From Lama guanicoe (taxonomy: Eukaryota), in contig MU053881.1 of assembly GCA_013239625.1 (NCBI GenBank), positions 16,298,373-16,362,372 on the forward strand: a stretch of DNA of 64,000 nt, read 5' to 3'. The notes beneath the pieces were generated by a model that saw nothing but the letters and a program-made list of their open reading frames with translations, had not been told where the DNA came from and did not search any database. How positions within the stretch are numbered: position 1 is the stretch's first letter; each line of letters starts with the position of its first letter. The position numbers were made by a program, and so were the translations under genes. Of this stretch, positions 27,011 through 39,585 are shown piece after piece.

Positions 27011-27645
27011 AAACAAAAACAAGCAAACCAAATACCATCCTGGACAGAGTATTAACGGAAGACTCAGAGACTCTTCTAGCTCTAGGGCAGAGGGTGGGTC
27101 AAACCCAGCTCAGTGACTTGCCCTGAGAACTAAGAATGGTTGAATCAATGTTTGTCATTGGTGCGATGACCGGAAATAACTTTGAACCCCAGCTGAGCAA
27201 AATGTTATCCCCCAGAACAAGAATTCCCTTCTTCTTTCTCATGAGTCGACCCAACTTACGAAAGAGTTGTGCTCAGTTATTAGCAGTCTATTTTGAATTT
27301 CATCAGTAAAAAAGAGATCTGTGGGAACATGTTTTCTTCCTGGTTATATTAAGTGGCGACACAATTTCCTTGATTTTGCCTGAGATACCTCCCATCTACC
27401 CCTTCTAGAATAAGATGTTGAGCTGGGGCGAGGGTGGGCACTGCCTTGGTAGTTTTCACTCCTAAGCGCTCCCAGCTTCAATTCAGAATTCTAGAAGCTG
27501 GAGCTGGAGGAAATCCCACAGGTGTAGACTGGAAAGGTGTGTGAGTTAATGCGAATCCAGGTAGTGCCTCAGTGAGGAGAGTGGCCTCCTAGAAGGTGCA
27601 GAGTGGACCACTCCCCACCACCCCTGCCAGGCCGGTTGGACTCAC

Positions 27646-27804
27646 CCATGCCTCGGAGCTCCACGGCTGGGCGGCACAGCTGGAGGGCTTCCCGGACCAG
27701 GCCAACCTCAGGACAGTCCATGTGAGGGGCACACAGGTCAAAGTCATCCAACAGGCCCTCAATGCCCGCGGAGATGCCTCGGCAGGAAATCCAGTTCATG
27801 CTGC
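27646..27804 (-). CDS. NWD1: NWD1 coding exon 9 (SMNWISCRG...VELRGM)
   Basis: ccccacag|GC ... ATGG|gtgagt; 159 nt. Confidence 0.95.
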
Positions 27805-27854
27805 CTGTGGGGAGAAGGGGGTGCTGTGGGGAACACGCATCTCCCCATTTCTCC

Positions 27855-28068
27855 CTGGGGTTCTCACTCTCGGCACTGCTAACTTTTGGGGCTGGATCAT
27901 ACTCTGAGAGGGGTGAGAGGGAGCATCTGTGCACTCTAGGGTGTTGATCAGTGTCCCTGGCCTCCACTCACTCAATGCCAGTGGCATTCCCCAGCCAGGA
28001 TAATCAAAAACACAAACATTGCCAAGTGTCCCTTGGGAAGCAGAGTCACCCCTGGTTGAGAATCACAG
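27855..28068 (-). mobile_element. MER20-like
   Basis: Reverse core ending CCCCTGGTTGAGAATCAC. Confidence 0.75.
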
Positions 28069-28069
28069 G

Positions 28070-28100
28070 AATGAATAGATGGATGGATGGATGGATGGAG

Positions 28101-28135
<35 letters not shown>

Positions 28136-28400
28136 AAGAAATGGTAGATAAACAGAGAGAGATTACAGACTGATAGACAAATGGATGGATGGATGGATAG
28201 ATATAAAATGAAAGACAGATAGATGGTAAATAGAAGTGATAAATATGATAGGTGAGATTTTTATATTTATATACACATACAGAGAGAGATGATAGATCAT
28301 AGATAGATGTGGATAGATAGGGAGATAGACAGACAGACAGACAGACACAGTAGGTAAACAGAGAGAGATGGTAGATGATAGATTGACAGATGGACAGACA
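28070..28400. repeat. (GATG)n/(GATA)n/(GACA)n compound microsatellite
   Basis: Direct reading; ~8 perfect GATA units near 28102-28134. Confidence 0.9.
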
Positions 28401-28422
28401 CTGGGTCTCTCTCATTCTATGG

Positions 28423-28566
28423 CAAAGTTTCTCACCCTCTGCGCTATCCGCTAGCACTCGGTCCAGCAGCACCTCTCCCCCAATCATGACAACCAAAATA
28501 TCTCCAGATATCACCAAGTGTCCCCCAGAGTTGGGGTGGGGGATGGTGGCGCAGAACCGCCCAGTG
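28423..28566 (-). mobile_element. MER20-like (internally deleted)
   Basis: CATGACAACCAAAATATCTCCAGATATCACCAAGTGTCCCC. Confidence 0.7.
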
Positions 28567-28687
28567 CCTTAAAAAGAGCTGAGGATTTTGACCTTCGACC
28601 TTCCCCGTTGTCAGGCTCCGGAAGGTGGGAGCATGGCAGAGGGTCAGGGACCCGCTCAACCCGCTCCAAGACTGGGATGGCCCTTAC

Positions 28688-28805
28688 CCAGCACCTCCTG
28701 CTTCAGCTCCTCTATGCGGCCCGAGTGGAGCAGGTGATAGGGCAACTCCTTCAGCTTCCGCAGGTTTGCAACCGTGTCTGAGAACCACAGGGGCTGAGGG
28801 GCCAC
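28688..28805 (-). CDS. NWD1: NWD1 coding exon 8 (VAPQPLWFSDTVANLRKLKELPYHLLHSGRIEELKQEVL)
   Basis: ctctgcag|GTG ... CTGG|gtaagg; 118 nt; translated by hand. Confidence 0.95.
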
Positions 28806-29149
28806 CTGCAGAGGAGGAGGGGGCTGGCAGCCAGGCCACTAGGACATTAACTTATTCATTCGCTCCACTAACATGGGCCGGGCACCAGGTGATGCTGGAG
28901 GGGACAGGGATACAATTCCAGACAGAGATACCTCCCCCCAACAGGCTAGGCTGGGACAGGTGGAGCTTGGGGCCAAGGGAATCCAAGAGGCATTAAAGCT
29001 GGGTCTCGCAGGACAAGTAGGAACCAGTCTGGTGAAATGTGTCAGAAACAATGGCATTTCAGAGCAAGAGAACACCATGTACAAAGGCCCGGAGGGAGGA
29101 CACTGGTGTGTCAGGGGAAATGGGAGCATGAGTTAAAACTCTGATGGGA

Positions 29150-29309
29150 AGTGCGAGGGTATAGCTTGGTGGTAGAGCATGTGCTTAGCATGTACACAGT
29201 CCTGGGTTCAATCCCCAGCACCTCCATTAAAATAAGTAAATAAATAAACCAAATTACCTCCCCCCAAAATAAAAGCAAACAAACAATAAATAAAATATTT
29301 TAAAAAAAA
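29150..29309 (+). mobile_element. tRNA-derived SINE (Vic-1-like)
   Basis: GGGTATAGCTTGGTGGTAGAGCATGTGCTTAGCATG...GGTTCAATCCCC plus A-rich tail. Confidence 0.8.
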
Positions 29310-29588
29310 TCTCTGGGACCTTGGGAATATGCTTCTGAATGTTATGATTTTGTTTTCTCTGGAAAGTTGAGGAGGGGATGGAGTTGTACATCCTTCATCT
29401 GCAGCTCCCCACACCACAAATAATGCTCAGGGGCTGAGGGGACATCTCACCCTCCATGGGAAGAGAAGAGAAGGTCGTAAGGGTGTTTAGGGTGGAAATG
29501 AGGGAAGGAAGGATACGTGTGGTCCTAGCCAGGCCCTCCCTGCCTTGTGGAGGCTGCGAGTGGGGACCAGGGGTCTTGAACACCTCAC

Positions 29589-29748
29589 CTTACGGTCCAG
29601 GTTCAGGGGCTTTCCCACGAGAGGCAGGGTGATGAGTTTCTTGGTGCCCTGGCTCCAGGCCCCTGAGAAGAAGTCGGCTAAAACTCCATGACTCTTGGCT
29701 TTCTCGGGCCCGGACAGGTAGCGCTCCCGGACCACCTCAGCCAGCTGT
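29589..29748 (-). CDS. NWD1: NWD1 coding exon 7 (QLAEVVRERYL...LNLDRK)
   Basis: gtctgcag|A ... AAG|gtgagg; 160 nt. Confidence 0.95.
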
Positions 29749-29967
29749 CTGCAGACAGGGGACATTGGCTGATGGATCTGGGGCACCAGATGAGCTCAGA
29801 GGTGATCACTGGCCTTCCAGGAGGTGGTTCCCAAATGCAAGTCCATCCTAAACCACCTTCCAGATGCTCGCTGGCTCAGCTGACCACAGGTACGATTTTT
29901 TTACCTACCATTTCTCTCTATATTGGCCCATCTTTCTTTTTTTTTCTTAAATAAATGCACTTTAAAA

Positions 29968-30880
29968 AGGGACACTTGGAACTTATTTACAAAACAGAAA
30001 CAGACTCACAGACATAGAGAACAAACTTACAGTTACCAGGGGGGAAAGAGGGTAGGGAAGGATAAATTGGGAGTTCAGAATTTGAAGACACTAACTACTA
30101 TTTATAAAATAGATAAACACCAAGGCCCTACTGTCTAGCACAGGGAACTATATTCAATACCTTGTAATAGCCTATAATGAAAAAGAATATGAAAAAGAAT
30201 TATATATGTATAACTGAATCACCATGCTGTATGCCAGAAATCAACACATTGTAAACTGATGATACTTCAATTCAAAAAAGTTTTTAAGAAATATTTGAGT
30301 TCCTCAATAAGTTAAACATAGAGTAAGTTACTGTATGAGCCAGCAATTTCACTCCTGGGTACATACCCCCGAATAACTGAAAAATAGGTGTTCAAACAAA
30401 AACTTGTCTTCGCACATTCACAGCAGCACTCGTCATAACCACCAAAAGGTAGAAACAACCCACGGGTCCATCAGCGGATGCACAGATGAATAAAATGTGG
30501 TCCATCCCTACACGGAATAGTGTTCACCCATAGAAAGGAGTGAAGCACTAATACATCCCATAATGTGGATGAACAACAAGAACGTTATGCTGAGTGAAAT
30601 AAGCCAGACACAAAAGATCACATCGTGTGTGATTCCATTTATACCGAAATGTCCGGAACAGGTAGATCCATAAAGAAAGCAGTTCAGTGGTTGCCAGGGG
30701 CTGGGAGAGGGAGGATGGGGAGTGACAGCTAACAGGGCTGGGGTTTCCTCTTAGGGTGATGGAAACGCTCCAGAAATAGATAGAGGTGATGGTTGTACAA
30801 CACTGTGAGTGTGCTAAATGCCAGTGATTGTTCACTTTCAAATGATGAATTTTATATTGTGTCAATTTCTCCTTAATTTA
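29968..30880 (+). mobile_element. two adjacent L1 3' fragments
   Basis: AACAGAAACAGACTCACAGACATAGAGAAC...TATACTTCAA-type end followed by an older L1M fragment. Confidence 0.7.
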
Positions 30881-31045
30881 AGAAAACAAGTTAGCTGTGT
30901 TAGAGCGGGCGGTGTAGAGACGCTTGAATGCTGGACTTGATTCCCTGGGAATGGGGAGCAAAGAAGGATCTGGAGCAAAGAGGAGCCCGGACAGTGAGTC
31001 CTTGCTCTTGCATCTCATCCAGGGTCATCAACCTGCTCCACCCAC

Positions 31046-31249
31046 CTGTAGGCGATGGCCAGGAGTGTGAAGCCATCCACCGGCCGTCTGGCCAAGCAGT
31101 TACCCAGATCCCGACGCAGCCTCACCCACAGCAGGGGTGGGAACCGCAGCAGCTCTTTGCTGGGCGGGTTCCAGTCCTGATACACAGTCTGCAAGACCTC
31201 ATCATCCAAGGACAGCACGTCCTTCAGCTCTGCCTCTGAGAGCCCGTGC
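31046..31249 (-). CDS. NWD1: NWD1 coding exon 6 (HGLSEAELKDVLSLDDEVL...LLAIAYR)
   Basis: ccctgcag|G ... TACAG|gtgggt; 204 nt, phase 2/2. Confidence 0.95.
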
Positions 31250-33881
31250 CTGCAGGGAGGAGGGATGGGCATTGGAACACACCTGTGTCTCCTGGATTTG
31301 GAGGATGCAGAAGCTGAAGGAGGGACAGACATGGCAGGCTCTGTGGCGTCCTGTACATCGGTTACCAAAGGGTTCACAGTGCGGATCGGTATGTGGACAA
31401 TGCCCACGCCCAGCTGGTACCAACACCCGGCTACCGCCGTACCCATCAAGTAAGACATTTCCTGATCTTTCCTTCTCACACACACCTACAGAACCCTGAA
31501 CCATCCCCTCCTGCATCTCAGACAAGTCAGGCAGCACAGGAAGGGAGAGGGGAGGTAACTCTGGGAAATAATACAGAAACCAAGAGTGCCCACCCCATGT
31601 TTTCTTACCTGAGAAAGGAAATAGCTTTAAATAGAATGAGCAATCGAAGTTTTTGTGCTAGACTGTGAGAGCTCCCTTGTCTATTCTGCCATGTGAGGTT
31701 TCAGTGGAAAATGATTGTCTTTGAACCAGGAAGCAGGCTCTCACCAGGCACCAAATACGCTGGTGCCTTAATCTTAGACTTCCCAGCCTCCAGAACTATG
31801 AGAGGTAGATTGTTCAGAAATCCAACCAGTCTTAGGGCATTTTTGTTATAGCAGCCCACAAGGACTAGACAGAGGTGTAGCCATACAGTGGAATATTATT
31901 TGACCATAAAAGGAACAAAGTACTGGTACTCACCTCAATGTGGATAAACCTTGAAAATATCATGCTGGGTGAAAGAAACCAGGCACAAAAGACCACATAT
32001 TGTATGATCACATTTACATGACTGTCCAGAGCAGGATCCACAGAGACAGAAAGTAGACTCATGGTTGCCAGGGGCGGGGGGAGGAGGTATGGGGAGTGAC
32101 TACTAATGGGGATGGAGTCTCCTTTCAGGAACGATGGAAATGTTCTGGAACTAGATAGAGGTGATCATGGTACCACATTGTGAATGTACTAATGCCACTG
32201 GATTGTAGCATGTTAACATTTTAATTTCACCTCAGTTAAATCATCTCACTCTGCTAAATGCAATGAGGAATGCTGAATTGGCTCCAGGACCAGAAAAATG
32301 ACATTGGTGGAAAAACTGGTGAAATCCAAGTCAAGTCTGGAGTCAAGTTCATAGTCACACACCAACGTTAAAGTTCTCGTTTTGACAGCAATGCTATGGT
32401 TATGTTGGATGTTAACCCGAGAGAAAAATTGGGGGAAGGATCTAGAAGAACTCTATATGATCTTTGCATCTCCTCTGTAAATCCAAAATTATTCCTAAAT
32501 AAAGGTTTATTTTTTAAAAAATTCTCATTCTTGCCTCCTGGGAGAAGGGATTTGATGAGGGATGAACACAGAGGCATGGAGACAAATCAGGGGCTGGGGC
32601 ACTCATTAAGGTGGAGAGGGGGATGACCTGGAACAAGGTGAGGTAGTTGGAAATGGAAATAATGGTTAGTTCTGGATGTTTTAGAGGCAGAGCCAAGAGG
32701 ACTTGCTGACTATGGAGGGTGGTGGGATGTTGAAGGAGAGGAAACGAGAATGATTCCTGGTTATGCAGAAGGTGATTACATTACTAAATGGGAAACCATG
32801 GATGGGAGTAGGTTTGGGGGGCAAGAACCTTTGCTAGACACATGCTACCATCATGCTTGGGAGAAATGCGCCCACTCAGCTGCTGGCAACTACCAACCTG
32901 CTTTTTTGTCTCCTTGGGTTTACCAATTCTGGACATTTCACGTAAGTGGGATCATGTCATATCATCTGTGCTCAACACTGACAACCCTGCCTGGGCGCGT
33001 GCCTCAACCCAGTCTGTCCAGGCTTCAATAGCAGGAGTCTACAATAGGGGGCAGGAGACCCAAAAGGGACATAAGAGCAGGTGAAGACCTGTGAACAATC
33101 CTGGGGGAGGGGCAGTGCCATTTTCCTGTCCTCTCCAAAGCTGCTCACTGCAATCTTAGGACCTGTCCCTCTTTGCACCTTCTCATCTAAGTTTGCAGCT
33201 GAATCTCCAACCCAGCTGGAGGGAGGCAGGGCAGAGAGCATTCCTCCATTTGTCAGATGGGAAAACTGGGGTTTCTATATTCATGTCCCTGAATGGCCAA
33301 GAGAAGAGGAATTCAACTTCGTCCCTGCTCTTGAAGATTTTGTGTCTCATCAAGTCTAGATCTATGATGTCCAATACAGTGGACACCAGCCACACATGGG
33401 CACTTAAACTCATTAAAATGAATAAACTTTAAAATCTAGTTTCTGGGTTGCATAAGCCTCCTTTCAAGGGTTCAATTGCCACATGTGACTCATGGTTACT
33501 GTGTTGGACAGTGAACACAGAGCATCGTCCTCACTGTCAATGTTCTATTGGATGGAACTGGAAGATTCTCTCTGTTGGAGAGACTGGAAGATGTATCCAC
33601 AGTCACAGCCAAACCACTAAGTTGAGAGCCTTTCTCTGCCCCCAAAGACATCTCCTTAACAACCTGGACCCAAGGGAGGCACCTCACCTGCTCGCCACAT
33701 AGGACTCACCTTGCCTGCATTGCAGACCTGCATTTGATCCTGGCTGAGGGATCATGGCCAGTGAGGTACCTTCACAAGCATGATCTCATTACTGCTTCCA
33801 GCAGCCGTAGAGAACGGATGCTCTTCCAGTCATTCCCTCTGTAAAGAGGGGGCCTGGTGAGGCCACAATGCATCCCTGGCA

Positions 33882-34005
33882 CAGCATTTTTCAGCCTCCT
33901 GCTGTTGACAATAAGGGTGGGATGGCTCTTTGTCATGAGGACTGTCCTGTAGTTTGTAGAATGTATAGCAGCATCCCTGGTCTCCACTCACTAGGTGTCA
34001 GTAAC
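33882..34005 (-). mobile_element. MER20-like (partial)
   Basis: AGCAGCATCCCTGGTCTCCACTCACTAG core. Confidence 0.65.
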
Positions 34006-34064
34006 ATGATAGGGACACGACAGATAGACAGATATGATAAATGATGGTATATAGACAGATGTAG

Positions 34065-34146
34065 AGGGGAGGGCGTAGCTCAGTGGTAGAGCATGTGCCT
34101 AGCATGAATGAGGTCCTGGGTTCAACCCTCAGCACCTCCATTAAAA

Positions 34147-34197
<51 letters not shown>

Positions 34198-34225
34198 ACT
34201 TAATTCGTCCTCCTCCCAGGAAAAA
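34065..34225 (+). mobile_element. tRNA-derived SINE (Vic-1-like) with expanded (TAAA)n tail
   Basis: GGGGAGGGCGTAGCTCAGTGGTAGAGC...; about 13 TAAA units at ~34147-34198. Confidence 0.8.
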
Positions 34226-34416
34226 GATAGGTGTAGATAGGTGGATGGGTGGATGGACAGACAGATATAATAGATTATAGATAGATATGACAGATTATAG
34301 GTAAATGTAGATAGATAAATAGCTGAATGGGTGGATAAATAGATATTATGATAGATGACAGAGAGACAGGGAGACAGAGGGAGAGACAGCCAGACAGGGT
34401 CTCTGTCACGCTATGG

Positions 34417-34637
34417 CAGGGTTTCTCATCCTCAGTGCCACTGACATCTGGGGCTGCATCATCCTCTGGCGGGGGCTGGGAGGGCATCTTGTGCACTGCA
34501 GGGTGTTGAGCAGGGTCCCTGGTCTCCACCCACTAGATCCCAGCAGCCCCCCATCCCCTAGTCATGACAATCAAAATGTCTCCATTGTTCAGTGTTCACC
34601 TGGGGGGGGCACAGAATGTCCCTGGGTAAGAACACTG
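34417..34637 (-). mobile_element. MER20-like
   Basis: CAGGGTTTCTCATCCTC...CCTGGGTAAGAACACTG. Confidence 0.75.
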
Positions 34638-35078
34638 GTCTAGAAGAACTCAAATCTGCCCCGAGAGCCAGGTGCTCAAGCATCACTCTAGGCTAACTCC
34701 ATGTGTAAACATAACATATTTTCATGGAAGAAGAGGAACCGAAATCACTCACCCTTCATAAATCACCTCCCTTGCCAGCCCTGGAGGACAAGTGGTTCTC
34801 CATCCCAGGGGACTCCTGGCTTTACTAACTGAACCAGACATGCAGCCAAGAAGGCCAACTGATGTCTATCTCCCTGGATTTTGCAACCAGGACTCAAGAA
34901 GGAGCCAGCATGGTGGTACCAGATCTCCGAAATGGGAGCTCATGATGCCAGCAGAAGCTCATGGCAGGCAGGCTACACTTACAGAGGAGAAAGGAAGAGT
35001 CTGGAACAGAAGATGATGTGTAGAGAGGACCCAGAAGGAGAGGGGATGAGAACCCTCTCCTGATTCTGCAGGTTTCCA

Positions 35079-35092
35079 GTTCCCATGGCAAC
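35079..35092. promoter_or_regulatory. RFX X-box motif GTTCCCATGGCAAC
   Basis: Matches GTTNCCATGGNAAC in apparently non-repeat intronic DNA. Confidence 0.55.
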
Positions 35093-36329
35093 CCCACCTT
35101 CCATGTAGACTTCATCAGTTTGGCCTGATGGCCCACTCTCTTATTCTGGAGCATTCCCCGGTCTGTCTTTGAGCTCCCTGTAGAGTCCAGGCCAGTCCCC
35201 CACTCTGGGGGCATCAGTCACAAAATCTGGGGTGCAACATGACATCTGAGCTTCGCCCTCTGGAGCTGGCTAAGGTGTTCGTCCTCCCTTCCTGCATTCC
35301 TTGGGCTTCCCCATGGCTTTGGCATAAACCCTTATTCCTTACAAGATAGCATAAGAGGGTTTCTTTTCTTGACAAACAAACAAAAAGACCCCCTCACTGG
35401 GCTGATTGCCGCCTCTTTGACTGTTTTGTGGCAAAAGACAAAGGTCTTAAAGAGAAAACTGCCCCCCAAACTAAGAAGAAACAAAACTGCATTGTCTGGC
35501 ATTTCTGAGGATGGGCTTGAGTATCTTCTGACAGCCGTTCGCATTGAGGCAAAGCTTCACTGCTTTATGTGCCGGCTAATTGGCTCCATCCCACCCTCCC
35601 GGGGGATGCTGGGTGTGTCTGATGAACACACTCCTCTCTCCTGCTCATTATTTCTGACTCACCTTCCACACCTGGCATCTCTGACCATCATGACCCAGGT
35701 TGATCGGAGTTTGAAGCCCTGAGACTTTCGCTGAGCTGGAGAAACCACGTTTATTATTTTTTTTAATTTTGTTTTTTATTGAAATGTAGTTGATGTACAA
35801 TGTTAATTTCAGGTGTACAGCAAGGCAATTCAGTTATGAGGAGCAAGTGCATTTAAATATTCATTCCTTTACACAAATGAACTTATTTACAAAACAGAAA
35901 CACACTCACAGAGAAAACAAAATTATGGTTACCAGAGGGGAAAGGGGGTGGGAAGGGATAAATCGGGAGTTTGAGGTTTGTAGATACTAACTACTATATA
36001 TAAAATAGATCAACAAACAAGTTTCTTCTGTACGCAGGGAACTATATTCAATATCTTGTGTAAGCTATATGAAAACGAATATATGTATGTACATGTATGA
36101 CTAAAACATTATGCTGTACACCAGAAATTGACACAACATTGTAAACTGACTATACTTCAATAAAAAAGAAAAGAAAAAATAAAAATAATAGATATTCATT
36201 TCTTTAAATTATATAAACACATTGGAATCAGATTTTTCCTCTTTACTTTTTGCTGAATCTCATGCTACAAAGCCTGGAAGTGAATGTAGACCCATGCTGT
36301 GGTCAATTCTTCAGAGAAATTTGCCTTAC

Positions 36330-36453
36330 TTCTTTTTATTTTTTTGCAGGGGGGTAATTAGGTTTATTTATTTTTAATGGAGGTACTGGGGATTGAACCG
36401 AGGGCCTCATGCATGCTAAGCACGCATTCTACCACTGAGATATACCCTCCCCC
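36330..36453 (-). mobile_element. tRNA-derived SINE (Vic-1-like)
   Basis: Reverse copy flanked by AGAGAAATTTGC direct repeats. Confidence 0.8.
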
Positions 36454-37319
36454 TTAGAGAAATTTGCTTTAAAACGATTTTTCTGACATCTCCCCACACT
36501 TTGCTTATTAATTACAAAGGGGAACGTTGCAAATTTACAGTAGGAGAAAAAAATCCGTGCCCAGGAATGTCCAAACATCACCTAAGTTTAACCTGAACAT
36601 CATCACGAGGAGACAGACCAACCCAGATGGAGCAACGATGTACCAATTCCCCTCCACCCCAAGTGTGGTCCCTGGACCAGAAGCGTCAGCACCGCCAGGG
36701 AGCTTGGGAAAAATACAAGACCTGAGGTTTCAACCCCAGACCTGCTGAATCAAAGTCTTGATTCAAAACCAAGACCTGAGATGTGCATACCCATGGAGGG
36801 TTAAGGAGTGCTCAGCTGCAAAACAGCTGGCTTGGACTCTTCAAAGGGACAAAGACAGATGGTAGAATGTTCCAGATTAAAGGATGCCAAAGAGACTTGA
36901 CAACTCAATGCAACATGTGATCCTGATTGGGGCCAAGGAGGGGGGACAGTTATAAAGGACATTTTTGAGACCATTGGCAAATTTTGACTATAAACTGTGT
37001 ATTAAATAACATTATTGCATCTATGATACATTTCCTGAGTGTTATCATTGTCCTGTGGTGATGCAGGGTTCTGATTGTCCTTGTTCTTGGGATATATGTG
37101 AAGTACTTAAGGGTAAAGTGGAGTGGTGCCTATGATCAACTCTCAAATGGTTCAGGGAAGAATTATATGTGTGTGCATGTGTATGTGTGTGCATGTGTGT
37201 ACACAGAGACATGATAGATAGATGGAAAAAAAGGAAGAGAGAGAGAGAAAAGAGATGGAGAGAGAGGGAGAGAGAAAGCTAATATGGCAAATTGGTGATT
37301 TCAGGGGGAGGGTGTATGG

Positions 37320-37530
37320 CAGTATTTCCCAACTAGGACCTATTCTGCCTGCAGGGGACACTTGGCAATATCCTGAGATATTTTTGTTGTCCCAGCTGGG
37401 GGCTACCACGAGCATCTGGTGGGTAGAAGCCTGGGATTCTGATCAACGTCCTACAGTGCACAGGACGGCACCGCCCACTGCAAAAACTGACCTGGCCCCA
37501 AATGTCAATAGCACCATGGCTGAGAAACTG
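37320..37530 (+). mobile_element. MER20-like
   Basis: GGGGACACTTGGCAAT...CCCAAATGTCAATAGC...GAGAAAC. Confidence 0.75.
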
Positions 37531-37834
37531 ATATATGAGTGCTCTTCACGTTATTTTTGCACTCTGGGAGTTCTTCTTCTAGTCTATCACTTGAAAGCAT
37601 TTCTAAGTAAAATGCTTGCCAAAAAAAATACCCTAGACAAATGCATAAGGACCGAAAGCAGATTAGTGATTGCCAGGGGCTGGGGGAGGGGAATGGGGAG
37701 AGATGGTTAGGGCACAGGGTGTCCTGGTGGGGTGAAGAATTGTTCTGGAGATGGCTTGTGGTAGTGCCACACTGTGGATGTTCTAAATGCTGCTGAACTG
37801 TCCACCTTAAAAGAGAGAACTTTATGATATGAAT

Positions 37835-38260
37835 TGTACTGGGTTGCATAGTGTTCCCCCAAATTCATGCCCATGGGAAACCTGAGTACATGGTCTTATT
37901 TGAAAGCAGTCTTTGGGGAAGTAGTCAAGTGAAGATGAGGTCATACTGGATGGAACTGAGCCTTAATCCCACGAGTGATGTCCTTCCAAGAAGAGGAAAA
38001 TTCAGACAGAGAGAAGGTCACAAGTTGATAGAAGCAGAAATTGGAGAGATGTGTCTACAAGCCAAGGGATGGGAGGGTGGCCAGCAACACCAGAAGCTAC
38101 GAGAAAAGTCTAGAATGGATTCTCCTCTAGAGCTGTCAGAAGGAGCATAGTTCTGCAGACAACTTGATTTCAGACTTTAGCCTCCAGAACCATGAGAGAA
38201 TAAATTTCCATTGTTCTAAAGCACCCAGCTTGTGGCTTGTTATGACAGCCCCTTGAAAAG
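37835..38260 (+). mobile_element. MLT1-like MaLR LTR
   Basis: GATGAGGTCATACTGGA...GCCTCCAGAACCATGAGAGAATAAATTTC. Confidence 0.7.
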
Positions 38261-38312
38261 AGTGCATGCATTCTATCTCAATGACCAAAAGGTGAAAGTA
38301 ACAGAGACTCAC

Positions 38313-39585
38313 CGGGAAGACACGATGTAGCCCAGCACACGGGCCACCAGGAGCTGCCCGTGTGTCTGCTCCAGGCGGGCACACAGTTCGTGCATTGCTT
38401 CCTTAGCAGTGGAGGCTAGTGGGGCGGGCACGGTGAAGGAGGCCCATTTTCGGGCCTCCTCGAAGGCCAGCCTCAGCCGCCCTGGGTGCCCGCACTCTGG
38501 GAGGCTGGCCCAGAGCAGGTCCCTCTGCATGGGGCTCAGTGTCCTCCTCGAGGCTGCCAGCAGGAGCTGGATCATCTCTTGCCCTTGGTTTCCGGAGAGG
38601 GGTCTCACCTCCCAGTAGGCCCCTGGGTCCGTGAGCACCTGCCGCATCATGTCTAAAACCCCCTGCTGTCCTGAGCAGGCCGAGAGGATGAGGTGGACCC
38701 TCGGGGGGCACTTGGGAGGCAGCCAGGGGACCCTCCGAGCATGGTGAACAGAGTCCACCTCATCCACTGAGTCCAGCAGGATCACAAGGGACTCGAAGTT
38801 TCGGCAGGAGACGGTGTGGAGGAGGGTGTGGAAAAATTGGACCACCCTGGTGTGGGCCTCCAGGACCTGGGCAGGGGGCAGGGGTAGCCCATAGGCCAGG
38901 CACACCTGGAAGCAGATGCTCTGAAGTAGGCTGCGGGCATCGGAGCTCATCTGTGACGTCCCCAGAAGCCGCAGCATGGTCACCGTCTTGCGCCCGAGCA
39001 GCACCGGCATTTGCTCAGCCAACTTGCACATCAGAGCCGTCTTTCCAATGCCTGGGGGTCCAAAAATCACCAGAGGCGGGTGAGGGTGGCTGTCGCTCTC
39101 CCGGAGCCGCTGCCCCAGCTGGGCCAGGAGCTCCTGGCGCCCACAGAAGGTCCGGGTGGCCTCGGCACTCAGCCCCAGGTGGTGGCGGATCTCCTGGTAG
39201 AGCCACGCCAACTCCTGCCTGCCCACCTCTAGCTCCCGGAGGCACTCGAGGACCTGATGGTTAGCTCTGGCCACAAACTGCTCCCCAAGCTCCTTCAGGT
39301 ACCGGGCATGAGCCTTGTTTTTGGGGTTCACCAGGTCTCGACTCCACGCCAGGTGGTGGGCCTTGAGAACTCCAGGCTGCATGTCGGCGATGCGCCCCTT
39401 AAGGCTGCAGAGAAGGTTCTGGGCGTCCATGTCCAGGCAACCGTCTGCGAGCCGGTCCACCATCTTGAGGGCACAGTCTTCCAGGATGTGTTTGTCGAGG
39501 TCTTGGATCTCTCTCAGGAAGACAGTCGCCCCCTGGTCCCTGTCTGTCGAGCTCAGCAGTCCCCGTTCAATTTCCCACTCAATGA
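38313..39585 (-). CDS. NWD1: NWD1 coding exon 5, NACHT NTPase domain
   Basis: tttgcag|TC ... TCCCG|gtgagt; 1273 nt. Walker A GPPGIGKT at 39038-39061 and Walker B-like LVILLDSVDE; within ORF 38309..39649. Confidence 0.97.
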
